Shown here one piece after another: positions 39,221-49,701 of a stretch of DNA of 64,000 nt (position 1 is the stretch's first letter; each line of letters starts with the position of its first letter). The position numbers and the translations under genes were made by a program. The notes beneath the pieces were generated by a model. It had not been told where the DNA came from. It made no database searches and was given only the letters and a program-made list of their open reading frames with translations. This stretch comes from Chloroflexota bacterium. Lineage in GTDB: Bacteria; Chloroflexota; Dehalococcoidia; UBA2247; JAUWOP01. Where the stretch lies: NCBI GenBank assembly GCA_030612045.1, contig JAUWOP010000002.1, forward strand, positions 5,894 through 69,893, written 5' to 3'.

Positions 39221-40534
39221 ATGCCATTATATAAAGCACCACGAGGCACACAAGACATCCTCCCATCAGAGCAGCCTTACTGGAGATTTATAACCCAGAA
39301 GGCAGAGGCGCTATGCCAGCTTTATGGTTATAAGCGTATCGATACTCCAGTGTTTGAAGAAACAAGGCTGTTTAGCCGAAGTATAGGTGAGGGCACCGAC
39401 ATCGTGGAAAAGGAGATGTATACATTCACCGACCAGGGAAAAACTATGATAACCCTCCGCCCCGAGGGTACAGCACCAGTCTGTCGTGCCTACCTCGAAC
39501 ATGGATTGCATAACGCTCCTCAACCAGTGAGAGTATACTATCTTACCTCTATATTTAGATATGAGAGGCCACAGTCGGGACGATACCGCCAACATCAGCA
39601 GTTTGGCTGTGAAGCCCTGGGGGTTGCCGACCCTGCGCTGGATGCAGAAATCATTGACCTGGTATGGCAATTCTACATCTCGGTAGGACTAAGAGACCTT
39701 ACCCTGCACCTTAATAGTATTGGTTGTCCTGACTGCCGTCCAAACTACCTGCAGGCTCTCAAGCATCACTACTCACAGCAAACTGGTGTCCTGTGTCAGG
39801 ACTGTAAGGTCAGATTGGAAAGAAACCCCCTGCGTCTACTAGATTGTAAGAATCCTTCATGTCAGGAGATTATTCACAGCGCTCCTAAAATTACCGATTT
39901 TCTCTGTGAGCAGTGCGCTGAGCATTTCCAGCAGGTGAAGGAATACCTTCAGGATATTGACATCCCCTTTACCCTTAACCCCTATCTGGTACGAGGTCTG
40001 GATTATTATGCCAGGACAGTTTTTGAGGTTCAACCGGGTAGATTGACCGACGTCGGTCAACCTACCCTCTCTCAGCAGAGTACTATTGGAGGGGGAGGAC
40101 GCTATGACCTTCTGATTGAAGAGCTAGGGGGGAATGCTACTCCGGCAGTGGGTTTTGCTACAGGTCTGGAGAGGATTATTCTCAATCTAAAGAAGCAGAA
40201 CATTGTCGTACCACCGATTCCTGAGCCGATGGTTTATGTCGCTTATACTGGAGAGGAAGGTAAGCATGATGCTGTAAAAATAGCAGCAGTACTGCGTCGT
40301 GCGGGAATAGGGGCTATCCTCTCTATGGGTAAGAGAAGTCTCAAGGCACAACTGAAACAGGCAAATGTGCTGGGTGCAAGCCAAGCCATAATCATAGGTG
40401 AAGATGAGCAACGCCGTGGGATGATAGTGTTGCGTGACCTCATCGAGGGGAAGCAAAGAGAGGTCCCTTACGAAGGAATAGCGGAGGCGGTCTTGCCGCC
40501 AATTGATAGCTATCAGAGATCAGCTATTAGCTAA
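39221..40534 (+). CDS. hisS: histidine--tRNA ligase
   Basis: Class II aaRS motifs (RPEGTAP, FRYERPQSGRYRQHQQFG) and a C-terminal anticodon-binding domain. Confidence 0.9.
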   Translation: MPLYKAPRGTQDILPSEQPYWRFITQKAEALCQLYGYKRIDTPVFEETRLFSRSIGEGTDIVEKEMYTFTDQGKTMITLRPEGTAPVCRAYLEHGLHNAPQPVRVYYLTSIFRYERPQSGRYRQHQQFGCEALGVADPALDAEIIDLVWQFYISVGLRDLTLHLNSIGCPDCRPNYLQALKHHYSQQTGVLCQDCKVRLERNPLRLLDCKNPSCQEIIHSAPKITDFLCEQCAEHFQQVKEYLQDIDIPFTLNPYLVRGLDYYARTVFEVQPGRLTDVGQPTLSQQSTIGGGGRYDLLIEELGGNATPAVGFATGLERIILNLKKQNIVVPPIPEPMVYVAYTGEEGKHDAVKIAAVLRRAGIGAILSMGKRSLKAQLKQANVLGASQAIIIGEDEQRRGMIVLRDLIEGKQREVPYEGIAEAVLPPIDSYQRSAIS

Positions 40535-40563
40535 TAGCTCGTATAGCACAGGCAGTAACTATA

Positions 40564-41319
40564 ATGAATATGGCATTAACAGGTATACTAGGTGCTCACC
40601 TTGCAGAGGTAAATCCCATCGTAAATGCTCTGGCAGCAAGGGAAGTTAGTATGGGAATGGGGAAAAGGTTTGCCCTCGGGACTATATCGGGGCATTCCCT
40701 GGTTGTTACTACCTCCGGGGTAGGTAAGGCACGCACTGCGGCGCGGTGCCAATTTCTCTTAGACAATTACAACATTGCCAGGATTATCTTTACAGGTGTG
40801 GCAGGAGCTCTCAATCCTGACCTCAAGCCAGGTGATACTATAGTTTCCCGATATATTATAGAGCATGACTTCAAACTCGGGGTGGACGCCGACCAGACCC
40901 TATTTCAGAGTGATTGCGCCGAACACAGCATCTCCAGACCTATCTACGAAGCTGACCCGATGCTGATTGAGGCAGCTCTAGCAGCAGGGGAAAGATTGGG
41001 AGGGGAGGGGAGGATATGTGCAGGCACGATACTGAGCGGTGATGAGGCTATCCTGCAGCACTCCCGCAAGCAGCAGTTGAGACAAGCCTTCGGTGGTGAC
41101 TGTGTGGAGATGGAGGGGGCTGCTATGGCTGCAGTCTGCCAGCTCAATAGCACAAGCGCTACGAAAAGGATTCCCTTCGTAGCTATCCGCACCATGTCTG
41201 ACATGGCAGATGAGGATGCTGCAGATACTTTTAACCATTGGTTCCGACAGGCAGCGGAACGCTCTGCTTCTCTGGTGATTGAAATGCTGAAGGAGTTTCC
41301 TAAACCCTCGATTGCATAA
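40564..41319 (+). CDS. 5'-methylthioadenosine/S-adenosylhomocysteine nucleosidase (PNP/UDP family)
   Basis: The TSGVGKARTAA and FTGVAGAL motifs are typical of MtnN/Pfs. Confidence 0.7.
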   Translation: MNMALTGILGAHLAEVNPIVNALAAREVSMGMGKRFALGTISGHSLVVTTSGVGKARTAARCQFLLDNYNIARIIFTGVAGALNPDLKPGDTIVSRYIIEHDFKLGVDADQTLFQSDCAEHSISRPIYEADPMLIEAALAAGERLGGEGRICAGTILSGDEAILQHSRKQQLRQAFGGDCVEMEGAAMAAVCQLNSTSATKRIPFVAIRTMSDMADEDAADTFNHWFRQAAERSASLVIEMLKEFPKPSIA

Positions 41320-41391
41320 GTAGTCATCAGTGGGTAGCTGTCAGCTAGAGTGAAGATTGATAGTGGTGAACTGAAAGCTGAGGACTGAACA

Positions 41392-42168
41392 GTGAATTAC
41401 GATACTATCAAATATGAGAAGAGTGGTGCCATCGGGCGTATAACTCTTAATCGCCCTGAGAAGGGCAATACCATCAATTCCATAATGGAAGGGGAGCTGA
41501 TAGATGCATGTCGTCACCTTAATCAGCAGGATGACCTCAGAGTAGTCATAATTACCGGTGCCGGGGATAGGGATTTTTGTTGTGGCGAGGAGCTGGAAGG
41601 CTTGCCAAATACTATAGATGGAGAGGAATATCCGGCGTGGTACCCCAGCTTAACTGCTGCAGTGCTGGGTGTTGAAGTCCCGCTGATTGCCGCCATGAAC
41701 GGTAATACCCTGGGAATAGGTCTTGCTCTGGCTCTGGGATGTGATATCAGGATACTTTCACAGGATGCTATGGTAGGTGTACCAGATGTAGCCCAGGGGT
41801 TCCGCTATGCCAGTGGAATTACTCAACTGCTGCCCCGCATCGTGGGCAGGGGAAAGGCATTGGAATTGATACTTACCGCAACATCGATTGATGCCTCTGA
41901 GGCATATCACATAGGGCTAGTTCATAAGGTAGCTCCTCATCATGAGGTGCTTCCTGAAGCAGAAAAGCTGGCACAAGGCATTGTCTCCAGTGCACCCATC
42001 GCTCTCAAATATGCCAAAGAGTCTATATGCAAGGGACTGGACCTGACCCTGGAGCAGGGTCTGAGGCTGGAATGTGACCTTTATATGATTCTGCATACTA
42101 CTGCTGACCGCACCGAGGGTGTTCGGGCATTTCAGCAGAAAAGGTCTCCCGAGTTTAGGGGTGAATGA
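41392..42168 (+). CDS. enoyl-CoA hydratase/isomerase family protein
   Basis: Crotonase fold (IAAMNGNTLGIGLALALGCDIRI). Confidence 0.8.
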   Translation: MNYDTIKYEKSGAIGRITLNRPEKGNTINSIMEGELIDACRHLNQQDDLRVVIITGAGDRDFCCGEELEGLPNTIDGEEYPAWYPSLTAAVLGVEVPLIAAMNGNTLGIGLALALGCDIRILSQDAMVGVPDVAQGFRYASGITQLLPRIVGRGKALELILTATSIDASEAYHIGLVHKVAPHHEVLPEAEKLAQGIVSSAPIALKYAKESICKGLDLTLEQGLRLECDLYMILHTTADRTEGVRAFQQKRSPEFRGE

Positions 42169-42932
42169 ATAATCAGAGTGTTATTATCTATGAGAAATCC
42201 CATAGTATTGGCTACATTACCCTGAATCGTCCCCAGGTAATGAATGTCTATAACCTTGAAATGCGAGATGGGCTCTACCAGATACTGGAAGCTATCAGGG
42301 ATGACCCTGATGTAAGAGTAGTTATCCTCAAGGGGGCAGGAGAAAGGGCTTTCTGTGCTGGTGCAGATTTAAGTGAATTTCTCACTGCGCCATCTCCAGT
42401 GATAGCCCGTCGGGTACGGTGGGAACGAGATGTGTGGGGTCTCTTTCTGGGCTTGCCCCAGCCCCTGATTGCTGCTCTTCATGGCTATGTCTTGGGCTCA
42501 GGTATCGAGATGTCTCTCTGCTGTGACCTGAGGATTGCCGCCGAGGGCACCAGGTTTGGGCTTCCTGAGACCTCCCTGGGACTCATCCCTGCTGCCGGGG
42601 CTACCCAAACACTGCCTCGTACTATCGGTAGAGCTAGAGCATTGGAGATGCTTCTCTGTGGCAAGTGGCTCAATGCGACAGATGCCTGTGATGCCGGACT
42701 GGTCAATCAGGTAGTTCCACGCGATGAGCTTCTGACCCGTTCAGAGGAGATAGCCCACCGTATTCTCTCCCATCCCTATGCTGCAGTAAGGTGCGCTAAG
42801 CAGGCAGTCCATCGTGGTCTCGACATGAGCTTAGAGAATGGACTGGAGCTAGAAGGAAGGCTTCTTGTGGCATGTGGGCTTGTCCCTCACAAAGTTTCTG
42901 CCGAGGGTAAGCCTCGGCACTACGATACTTAG
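42165..42932 (+). CDS. enoyl-CoA hydratase/isomerase family protein (second paralog)
   Basis: Crotonase motif IAALHGYVLGSGIEMSLCCDLRIA. Overlaps the upstream stop. Confidence 0.8.
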   Translation: MNNQSVIIYEKSHSIGYITLNRPQVMNVYNLEMRDGLYQILEAIRDDPDVRVVILKGAGERAFCAGADLSEFLTAPSPVIARRVRWERDVWGLFLGLPQPLIAALHGYVLGSGIEMSLCCDLRIAAEGTRFGLPETSLGLIPAAGATQTLPRTIGRARALEMLLCGKWLNATDACDAGLVNQVVPRDELLTRSEEIAHRILSHPYAAVRCAKQAVHRGLDMSLENGLELEGRLLVACGLVPHKVSAEGKPRHYDT

Positions 42933-43029
42933 CGTGTGTCATGAAATAAGTGTAGCAAGTCCGTATCTGTCGAGATTGCTGTAAATTGAGATAGTTATTT
43001 CGTGTCAGGCACTTAGTGGCATATTTGAT

Positions 43030-43206
43030 TTTTGGTAAGTAGTGTAGTGTAATCGTAATAACTATACAGTTTGTCATTCCGTGCTTGACACGGAATCCAT
43101 CCCCTAGACCTTCTGGATTCCTGCTGGAGTTTACCCCGTACTTGATACGGGGCAGGAATGACATGGGGTACCCTATTGTCAGGTCATTTAAGAGACACTG
43201 CACTAG
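43030..43206. repeat. MITE-like family-B element (second full copy with TIRs TAGTGTAGTG / CACTGCACTAG)
   Basis: Identical flanks and core to 12601-12750, plus an extra internal hairpin CCCCGTActtgaTACGGGG. Confidence 0.8.
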
Positions 43207-43217
43207 AATATTTGAGT

Positions 43218-45155
43218 TCAGTCGTATATAGTTTCGCATTCTAGAAGTGCCACAGGAATGCCTATTCCCCTCTCTATTTCCAGGTAAACCTTGCCTGTAA
43301 TGTCTCTTCCCCAGTCACCCAGACTAAATGGCGAGGAGGGAATCACTATCAAATCAGGAGTCCATTCCCCCTCAACATACTCCTTCAAATAGTCAATAAA
43401 GTCTTGCACTACCAGTAAGTCACCCATAAATATGTTTCCACCAAAGAATCTATTGGGCGGCACCTCTACACGGAGGTCAACACCGCCAAAAAGTGGAGAA
43501 ATGGCAAGGGACTGTTCGAGGACTGGTCTCACCAGTTGGGAAGAAAGTAGCAGCACCTTTTTCGTAGTACTGGCATAAGCATTATGAGATATGCTTTTTA
43601 TCCCGGAAAGACTAATAACACCCTTGAGCTTCTCCAGAGTACCCACCCGGAATCCCATGCCCATAAAGATAATCCCAAAGTGGTGGTCTATCTCTAGTGA
43701 ATAGGGATAGGAGAACTGGCCTGGGTTCAGACCTAATTGTAAAACATCTGCATTCCTTTGAACCTCGAGAATAACCCCTTGCTCTGAACCCCGTTGCACT
43801 GCTCGAAGCAGGTCACGCCCTTGCGGTCGATTAGAAACAGGTATTCCATTCAACTTTAGAAGCAGGTCACCCTTCCTTAGACCAGAGTATGCCGCAGGGG
43901 AGTTCTTTACCAGTCCAATAGCTCGGGGTAGATTCTTGGTTTGCTCATAGAGATTCTCTTCATACATCTCAGGCATTACTACAATAGGACACTCAGTCTT
44001 CTCTCTTAATTCCCGCACCAGTGAAACTATCGCTGCCCACACCTCTTCTCTATCGAAGAGTTTCTCTTTCACCACACTTACTCTGGTAGAGAAGAACTGC
44101 GTGTAGCCAGGCAGGTTAATCTCTACAAGGTGGGCACTATGCTTATCAGCATAAGCTACTGTCTCTGTAATATCATTCAGCATCTCATCTAGCATAGATG
44201 CTGGAGAAAGAGAATGTAGTGGCCAGGGAACAATTACCACCGCATAGGGGATTTCTCTATCACTAAGGTGATGGGGAGCACTCAGGGCTACCATAGAGTT
44301 ACTAGCATGCATCAGCTTCTGTCGACGCTGCAAAGATGCACTATTCAAGGAAAGATAGATATAGATAGGCTTCAATTTTGCTAGAGCTTTGATAACATCC
44401 GTGGTAAGGTTTTCACCATTAGTAGCTATTCTGAATGGTAAGGGGGTTTTTTCACGCAATGAGGGCAATATATCCATAGAGTAGGGATGAGCTAAAACTT
44501 CATGTATGCCTCCCAGAGTAGGGAAAAGGCAGCGCCTTGCAGAAGGGGAAAAGTACTTTACCCGTGTCAGTGCTTCCTGGTATTCCTCCTCAACTGACCT
44601 ATGAGGGTGAATTAGAGAAACAGAGGGTGGATTCCCCTTCAGATAACAGAACTCACAATTACAGTTACATCTTGTGGCGAGATGTTCAAACACCTCAGCA
44701 GGGTCACCACCGGAGCTTACCAGCCAATCCTGAAGATTCTTCAACCGAAACTCATCCACCTCTACTCTTTTACCATTCTTTTCTAATTCTACTACTGATA
44801 GAAGGCTCTCCAGTTGCTGTTTAATAAGAACTATTCGTGGTTCGTACAAGGAAGCATTCTGAATACACTGTGGGCAGAGATTTGAGACCGAGGCTGCTTC
44901 TCCTTCATTTTCTGTTTGCTGTCTCTCTCTTTGGGGAAATACCTCATACGCTATATCTTGCTGATTCAGTAGCTTGAAGCCATCAATCTTTACTTCCTTC
45001 CCTTGCTGGAGCGGGATGAGAAGGTCAAGAAGAGACGCTAATTGCAACCGTATCATCTCGGTAAGTCGGTCGTGATAGAAGCCCTCCCTATCCTGATTCA
45101 GAGCCAGCGGGTAGCGGAATACATAATCACCCGAATCATTATCTTTTGGAGACAC
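43218..45155 (-). CDS. radical SAM protein with C-terminal PDZ domain (DUF512-like), 645 aa
   Basis: CNCNCEFC is a CxxxCxxC motif. The PDZ-like region is GLVKNSPAAYSGLRKGDLLLKLNG. There is an extra N-terminal domain. Confidence 0.6.
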   Translation of the reverse strand: MSPKDNDSGDYVFRYPLALNQDREGFYHDRLTEMIRLQLASLLDLLIPLQQGKEVKIDGFKLLNQQDIAYEVFPQRERQQTENEGEAASVSNLCPQCIQNASLYEPRIVLIKQQLESLLSVVELEKNGKRVEVDEFRLKNLQDWLVSSGGDPAEVFEHLATRCNCNCEFCYLKGNPPSVSLIHPHRSVEEEYQEALTRVKYFSPSARRCLFPTLGGIHEVLAHPYSMDILPSLREKTPLPFRIATNGENLTTDVIKALAKLKPIYIYLSLNSASLQRRQKLMHASNSMVALSAPHHLSDREIPYAVVIVPWPLHSLSPASMLDEMLNDITETVAYADKHSAHLVEINLPGYTQFFSTRVSVVKEKLFDREEVWAAIVSLVRELREKTECPIVVMPEMYEENLYEQTKNLPRAIGLVKNSPAAYSGLRKGDLLLKLNGIPVSNRPQGRDLLRAVQRGSEQGVILEVQRNADVLQLGLNPGQFSYPYSLEIDHHFGIIFMGMGFRVGTLEKLKGVISLSGIKSISHNAYASTTKKVLLLSSQLVRPVLEQSLAISPLFGGVDLRVEVPPNRFFGGNIFMGDLLVVQDFIDYLKEYVEGEWTPDLIVIPSSPFSLGDWGRDITGKVYLEIERGIGIPVALLECETIYD

Positions 45156-45202
45156 ACCTCACCTCTACCCTATCATTCATGGTGGTACCTCCCTGTCTAT
45201 CT

Positions 45203-46105
45203 CTACTTCTCAAAGCTCTCATCCTGAGTTGGATAATTGAGCTTATTGACTAACCATGATATCCATTGGCGCCGCACCTTACCTGGTAGCAAAGGGGTAG
45301 AATGAAATCCCTTAGCGTACAACAACTCCCTTTTCGTGATACCTGTGCGGGGCTTGGGAATACTCTGATACAGTAACAGTACCAGTACTCCTCCAGCAGA
45401 AACCCTGCGGTCTTCGCCACAGGTTACCCAGAGGAGAGGGCAAGGGATTCCATTCTGTAATGAAGTTAAAAGACTGTGCTCAGTCCTTGATGCTAACGAG
45501 GCTTCCCAATCAACACACATTCGATAATCCCGTACTCGCATCCAGAGCCAGGAAAAGACACCCATGAATAAACTAAACCCAGGTATTAAACCATCTTGCG
45601 GATACTCAAATACTGTTCTCCCTTCTCTCTCAAGATGATGCCGAGCATAAACGGCAATTTTATCCTCTTCAGAGAGCTTCTCATCTGGAGGACAAGAAAG
45701 TATAACTGCTGCACAGATATTATCAAGTTCAGGAAGGGCATGAATGACTCCCATTGCACCCAGACTGTGCCCTACCAATGCAATTCGCTTTCTATCAACC
45801 CAGGGATGAGCAACAACCTTATGATAAGCGGCATTAACCTCAGGAGCGATATCACCTCTCATCACACCACCACTTTCCCCATGTCCTGGCAAATCAAAGA
45901 TAAAAGTGGCAACACCCTTTCTCACTATTTGTTCTGCGCATGGCTTCATTGCCCGATGGTCTGTCCCCATACCATGACATAGAATAGCTAAAGGAAAGGG
46001 ACTATCCCCATTTTGTGGGAATAGAAACTGACCATAAATATCTTCACCGCGACTGGTGAAGTTCCCCCTCTGGGAGGAAAATCTCTGGTATGAAAAGAAG
46101 CCCAT
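45203..46105 (-). CDS. alpha/beta hydrolase
   Basis: GHSLG nucleophile elbow and HGxG oxyanion motif. Confidence 0.7.
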   Translation of the reverse strand: MGFFSYQRFSSQRGNFTSRGEDIYGQFLFPQNGDSPFPLAILCHGMGTDHRAMKPCAEQIVRKGVATFIFDLPGHGESGGVMRGDIAPEVNAAYHKVVAHPWVDRKRIALVGHSLGAMGVIHALPELDNICAAVILSCPPDEKLSEEDKIAVYARHHLEREGRTVFEYPQDGLIPGFSLFMGVFSWLWMRVRDYRMCVDWEASLASRTEHSLLTSLQNGIPCPLLWVTCGEDRRVSAGGVLVLLLYQSIPKPRTGITKRELLYAKGFHSTPLLPGKVRRQWISWLVNKLNYPTQDESFEK

Positions 46106-46185
46106 ACTCCTACAGATAGTGACCTGAGAATGTTATTTCTACAAAAGTAGGAAACAGAGACCCCACACCTTCTCTCTATTATCTC

Positions 46186-47028
46186 CTATCGGACAGCCGC
46201 TTGTTGCGAAGCAAGGCGAATAAGCCGCTCTACGGATTCAGAGGGAAGGCTTACATTTCCCAGGGGAGTCTCAACATTATTTGGCAGTCCATGATAGTCA
46301 CTTCCTCCACAGGGAATGAGATTATACTTGCTGCTGAGTGAGGCTAGTTGTCTGATAACGCCAGCATTATATCCATTATAGTACACCTCCATCCCTACCA
46401 AGCCCTCTCTCTGAAGATTGGAAATCAGCTCCTCCAGACCATCAATATTGGCAGGGTGAGCCAGTACCGGCAGACCCTTCCCCTCTTTCACTATTATTCT
46501 TACTGCCTCAGCAGGTGTCATCTTTTCCCGTTCCACATAAGCAGGACCATCCCGACCAATATACCGTTGGAATGCCTCTTTAAGGGATTGGATATATCCC
46601 TGCTCTAGCATTACTCTGGCAATATGAGGGCGTCCGAATGACCCACTACCAGCTAATTCCACAACCCGTTCCCAGTCAATATAGATATTCATATCCCTCA
46701 GTTTGGATACCATCTTCTCGGCTCTCACCCTCCTGGAGTCCCGTGACCTTACTAGAATACGCAAGAAGTTGGGGCTCTGCCAGTCGATGAAATATCCCAG
46801 GATATGCACCTCTCCATGGGGAACATCAGTGCTTAGCTCTACTCCGGGAATGACCAAAAGTGGAGGAAACTTCTGTGCCTCAGCGAGTGCCTCTTCTATC
46901 CCATTAACAGTATCATGGTCAGTTATCGCAATTATGCTGAGGCCTAAGCCTGCTGCCTTAGAGACAATTTCCGCGGGGCTGGATGTCCCATCAGAAGCGC
47001 TAGTATGAATATGTAGATCCGTTTTCAT
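46186..47028 (-). CDS. PHP-domain phosphoesterase
   Basis: MKTDLHIHTSASDG...ITDHD is the PHP signature. Confidence 0.75.
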   Translation of the reverse strand: MKTDLHIHTSASDGTSSPAEIVSKAAGLGLSIIAITDHDTVNGIEEALAEAQKFPPLLVIPGVELSTDVPHGEVHILGYFIDWQSPNFLRILVRSRDSRRVRAEKMVSKLRDMNIYIDWERVVELAGSGSFGRPHIARVMLEQGYIQSLKEAFQRYIGRDGPAYVEREKMTPAEAVRIIVKEGKGLPVLAHPANIDGLEELISNLQREGLVGMEVYYNGYNAGVIRQLASLSSKYNLIPCGGSDYHGLPNNVETPLGNVSLPSESVERLIRLASQQAAVR

Positions 47029-47033
47029 ATTCT

Positions 47034-47804
47034 TTAATCTATCTCCCGATCCAGACGGGAGATATTAATAGCTCTCCCCATAGTCTCATCCAAATCGAGC
47101 AGTACCGAGTTAAATATCAGCCTACCCTTCTTAGCTACCTGCAGCCGATGAGGCATCTGAGTAAGGAACCTCTGAATCACATTTTCGACATCATCACCAA
47201 TTACGGATTCTTTAGGTCCCGTCATGCCTACATCTGTGACATAAGCTGTACCCTTGGGTAAGATGCAAGCATCTATTGTACCCACATGAGTATGAGTCCC
47301 CACCACAGCACTAACCCGCCCATCGAGGTAGCGTCCCAGAGCATTCTTCTCTGATGTAGCTTCAGCATGAAAATCAACGATAATCAGTCGGACATTATCA
47401 TCTGTTTTCGATAGAAGCTCATCCATAGCACGGAAGGGGCAATCAGCATTTCCCATAAAGACACGTCCAGCAAGGTTAACCACCATTACTTGCTTCCACA
47501 AAAGATACCCTCTCCCTATCACATATGGGGAATAATTTAAGGGGCGGAGAATTGGCATCCCATCATCAAGCAGGGGGAATATATCCTTTTGAGCCCAGAT
47601 GTGGTTACCAGAGGTCATCACATCAACCCCTGCATCCATAAGCTCTTCTGCTGTTACTGGTGTCACACCTTTCCCGCCCGCAACATTCTCAGCATTGGCA
47701 ACAACCATGTCAATCTCATATTCACAACGCAGGTCTGGCAACAAACTGCTCACCGCTAATCTGCCAGGTTTGCCAATTACATCCCCAATCATCAATATGC
47801 GCAA
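47034..47804 (-). CDS. ymdB: YmdB-family metallophosphoesterase (2',3'-cyclic-nucleotide phosphodiesterase)
   Basis: MRILMIGDVIGKPGR...VVANAEN...SGNH matches the TIGR00282-type family. Immediately downstream of rny, as in Bacillus. Confidence 0.8.
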   Translation of the reverse strand: MRILMIGDVIGKPGRLAVSSLLPDLRCEYEIDMVVANAENVAGGKGVTPVTAEELMDAGVDVMTSGNHIWAQKDIFPLLDDGMPILRPLNYSPYVIGRGYLLWKQVMVVNLAGRVFMGNADCPFRAMDELLSKTDDNVRLIIVDFHAEATSEKNALGRYLDGRVSAVVGTHTHVGTIDACILPKGTAYVTDVGMTGPKESVIGDDVENVIQRFLTQMPHRLQVAKKGRLIFNSVLLDLDETMGRAINISRLDREID

Positions 47805-47888
47805 AAGGTACTCCCTTCCGTGAGTTATCGATTATTACCCTTCAGTCAACTATGATCTAAGAGATGGAAACTCATCCTCTCTTTATCT

Positions 47889-49427
47889 CTACTTAGCGTA
47901 CTCCACTGCCCTTGTCTCTCGTATGACGGTAACCCTTATCTGCCCGGGGTAACTTAGACTATCCTCAATCCTCTTAGCAATGTCTCTTGCTAATCTCATT
48001 GCACTGATATCATCTATCATCCCTGGTTTGACCATAACACGGATTTCTCTTCCTGCCTGGACAGCGTAGGTTTTCTCCACACCACTAAAACCTTTGGCGA
48101 TATTCTCCAGTTCCTCCAGGCGTTTCAGATATTTCTCCAGGGATTCACGCCTTGCTCCAGGTCTCGCTCCACTTACTGCATCAGCACTAGAAACGATAAA
48201 CCCTTCTACAGAAGTGATAGGCACTTCCTCGTGGTGTGAGGCAACAATCTTAGCAACAAGAGGTGATTTCTCCCATTGCCTGACAATCTCACCACCTATA
48301 TGAGCATGAGAGCCTTCCATCTCAAAGTCTACAGCCTTGCCGATATCATGAAGCAGTCCCGCTCTCCTTGCTATATCAACATTTGCTTTCAGCTCTGAAG
48401 CCATTATAGCTGAGAGCAAAGCCACTTCCACACTATGAGTCAACACGTTCTGCCCGTAACTGAAGCGGTATTTCAGACGTCCCAGTAGCCTGATTAACTC
48501 AGGATGTAGCCCGGAAACCTTTGCCTTAAGGGCAGCTTGCTCACCCTCCTTTTGAATAATTACCTCCATCTCCTCCCTGACTTTTTGGACGGTCTCCTCG
48601 ATACGAGCTGGGTGTATACGCCCATCGAGGATGAGCCTGTTCAAAGCAAGACGAGCAATCTCACGACGCACAGGGTCAAAACATGAAAGTGTTACACTCT
48701 CAGGGGTATCATCAATAATCAATTCTACCCCGGTAGCATGCTCTAGTGCCCGAATATTACGACCCTCACGTCCGATAAGTCGTCCCTTTATTTCATCACT
48801 CGGGAGAGATACTGTAGAGACAGTGCTTTCAGACACTACTTCAGTAGTACAACGCTGTATAGCCTGGGCTAGTATACAGCGGCTTTTTTCCTCACACTCC
48901 TCCTTCACTTTTTCTTCCATCCGCCTCACACGGCAGGAAGCCTCCTCCTGAATCTCACTCTCTATCCTCTCAAGCAACATCTCCCTGGCTTCAGAAGAAG
49001 AGATGCGAGAGATTACTTCTAACTGGGTTATTTGTCTGTTTCTTAACTCTGCTGCCTCAGACCGTATTTTCTCCAATTCCTTATCCTTGGTAGTGATAGT
49101 CTGCTCTCGCTGCTCAAGATTAGCTAACTTACGCTCCAGGTTCTCCTCCTTTTGAATAAGGCGCCTTTCCTGCTTTTGTAACTCAGAGCGTCGTTCCCGG
49201 GCCTCTTTCTCAGCACCTGATTTTATCTCCAAAGACCCTTCTTTAGCATGAAGAAGAATCCCCTTACTCTCATCATTAGCATGGGATAGTAGCTCCCTTG
49301 CCTCTATCTCTGCCTTATGAAACCTGCGGACAGCCAACTGGTGTCTAAGGAAAAATGCTATCACCCCCCCACAGATGAAACAAGCCAGACCAACCAGTAT
49401 CAATATTAAACTATGGGGCATTATCAC
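47889..49427 (-). CDS. rny: ribonuclease Y
   Basis: N-terminal TM helix, coiled coil, KH domain, and HD domain (HSVEVA...[10 protein letters not shown]). Confidence 0.9.
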   Translation of the reverse strand: MIMPHSLILILVGLACFICGGVIAFFLRHQLAVRRFHKAEIEARELLSHANDESKGILLHAKEGSLEIKSGAEKEARERRSELQKQERRLIQKEENLERKLANLEQREQTITTKDKELEKIRSEAAELRNRQITQLEVISRISSSEAREMLLERIESEIQEEASCRVRRMEEKVKEECEEKSRCILAQAIQRCTTEVVSESTVSTVSLPSDEIKGRLIGREGRNIRALEHATGVELIIDDTPESVTLSCFDPVRREIARLALNRLILDGRIHPARIEETVQKVREEMEVIIQKEGEQAALKAKVSGLHPELIRLLGRLKYRFSYGQNVLTHSVEVALLSAIMASELKANVDIARRAGLLHDIGKAVDFEMEGSHAHIGGEIVRQWEKSPLVAKIVASHHEEVPITSVEGFIVSSADAVSGARPGARRESLEKYLKRLEELENIAKGFSGVEKTYAVQAGREIRVMVKPGMIDDISAMRLARDIAKRIEDSLSYPGQIRVTVIRETRAVEYAK

Positions 49428-49701
49428 CTCTCTTTCTGCCTACAAAATTATAACCACTTACCTATGCCATTCTAACTAAGTGCAGCGACCGAAGAATCCT
49501 GGATGTCCCTTCGCTTTAGTCAAGGTGACACAGGAGTAGCTAAATACTCATCATGAATTTACAGTGTGAGGATAGATTACCCTATCTCTAGAGTTCCATT
49601 AAACCTCTTTCCAGAAGTGATGTCAAGGTAAAAGGTCTGATAATCCAGGGAATTGACAGCGGACTCAGACTAGGATAGACTTAGACACGATGAAGTGAGG
49701 A

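Noticed and set aside
49430-49700. Cobalamin riboswitch upstream of the methylmalonyl-CoA mutase gene
   Set aside because: No B12-box (GCCACTG-like) or conserved cobalamin riboswitch core was found by eye.
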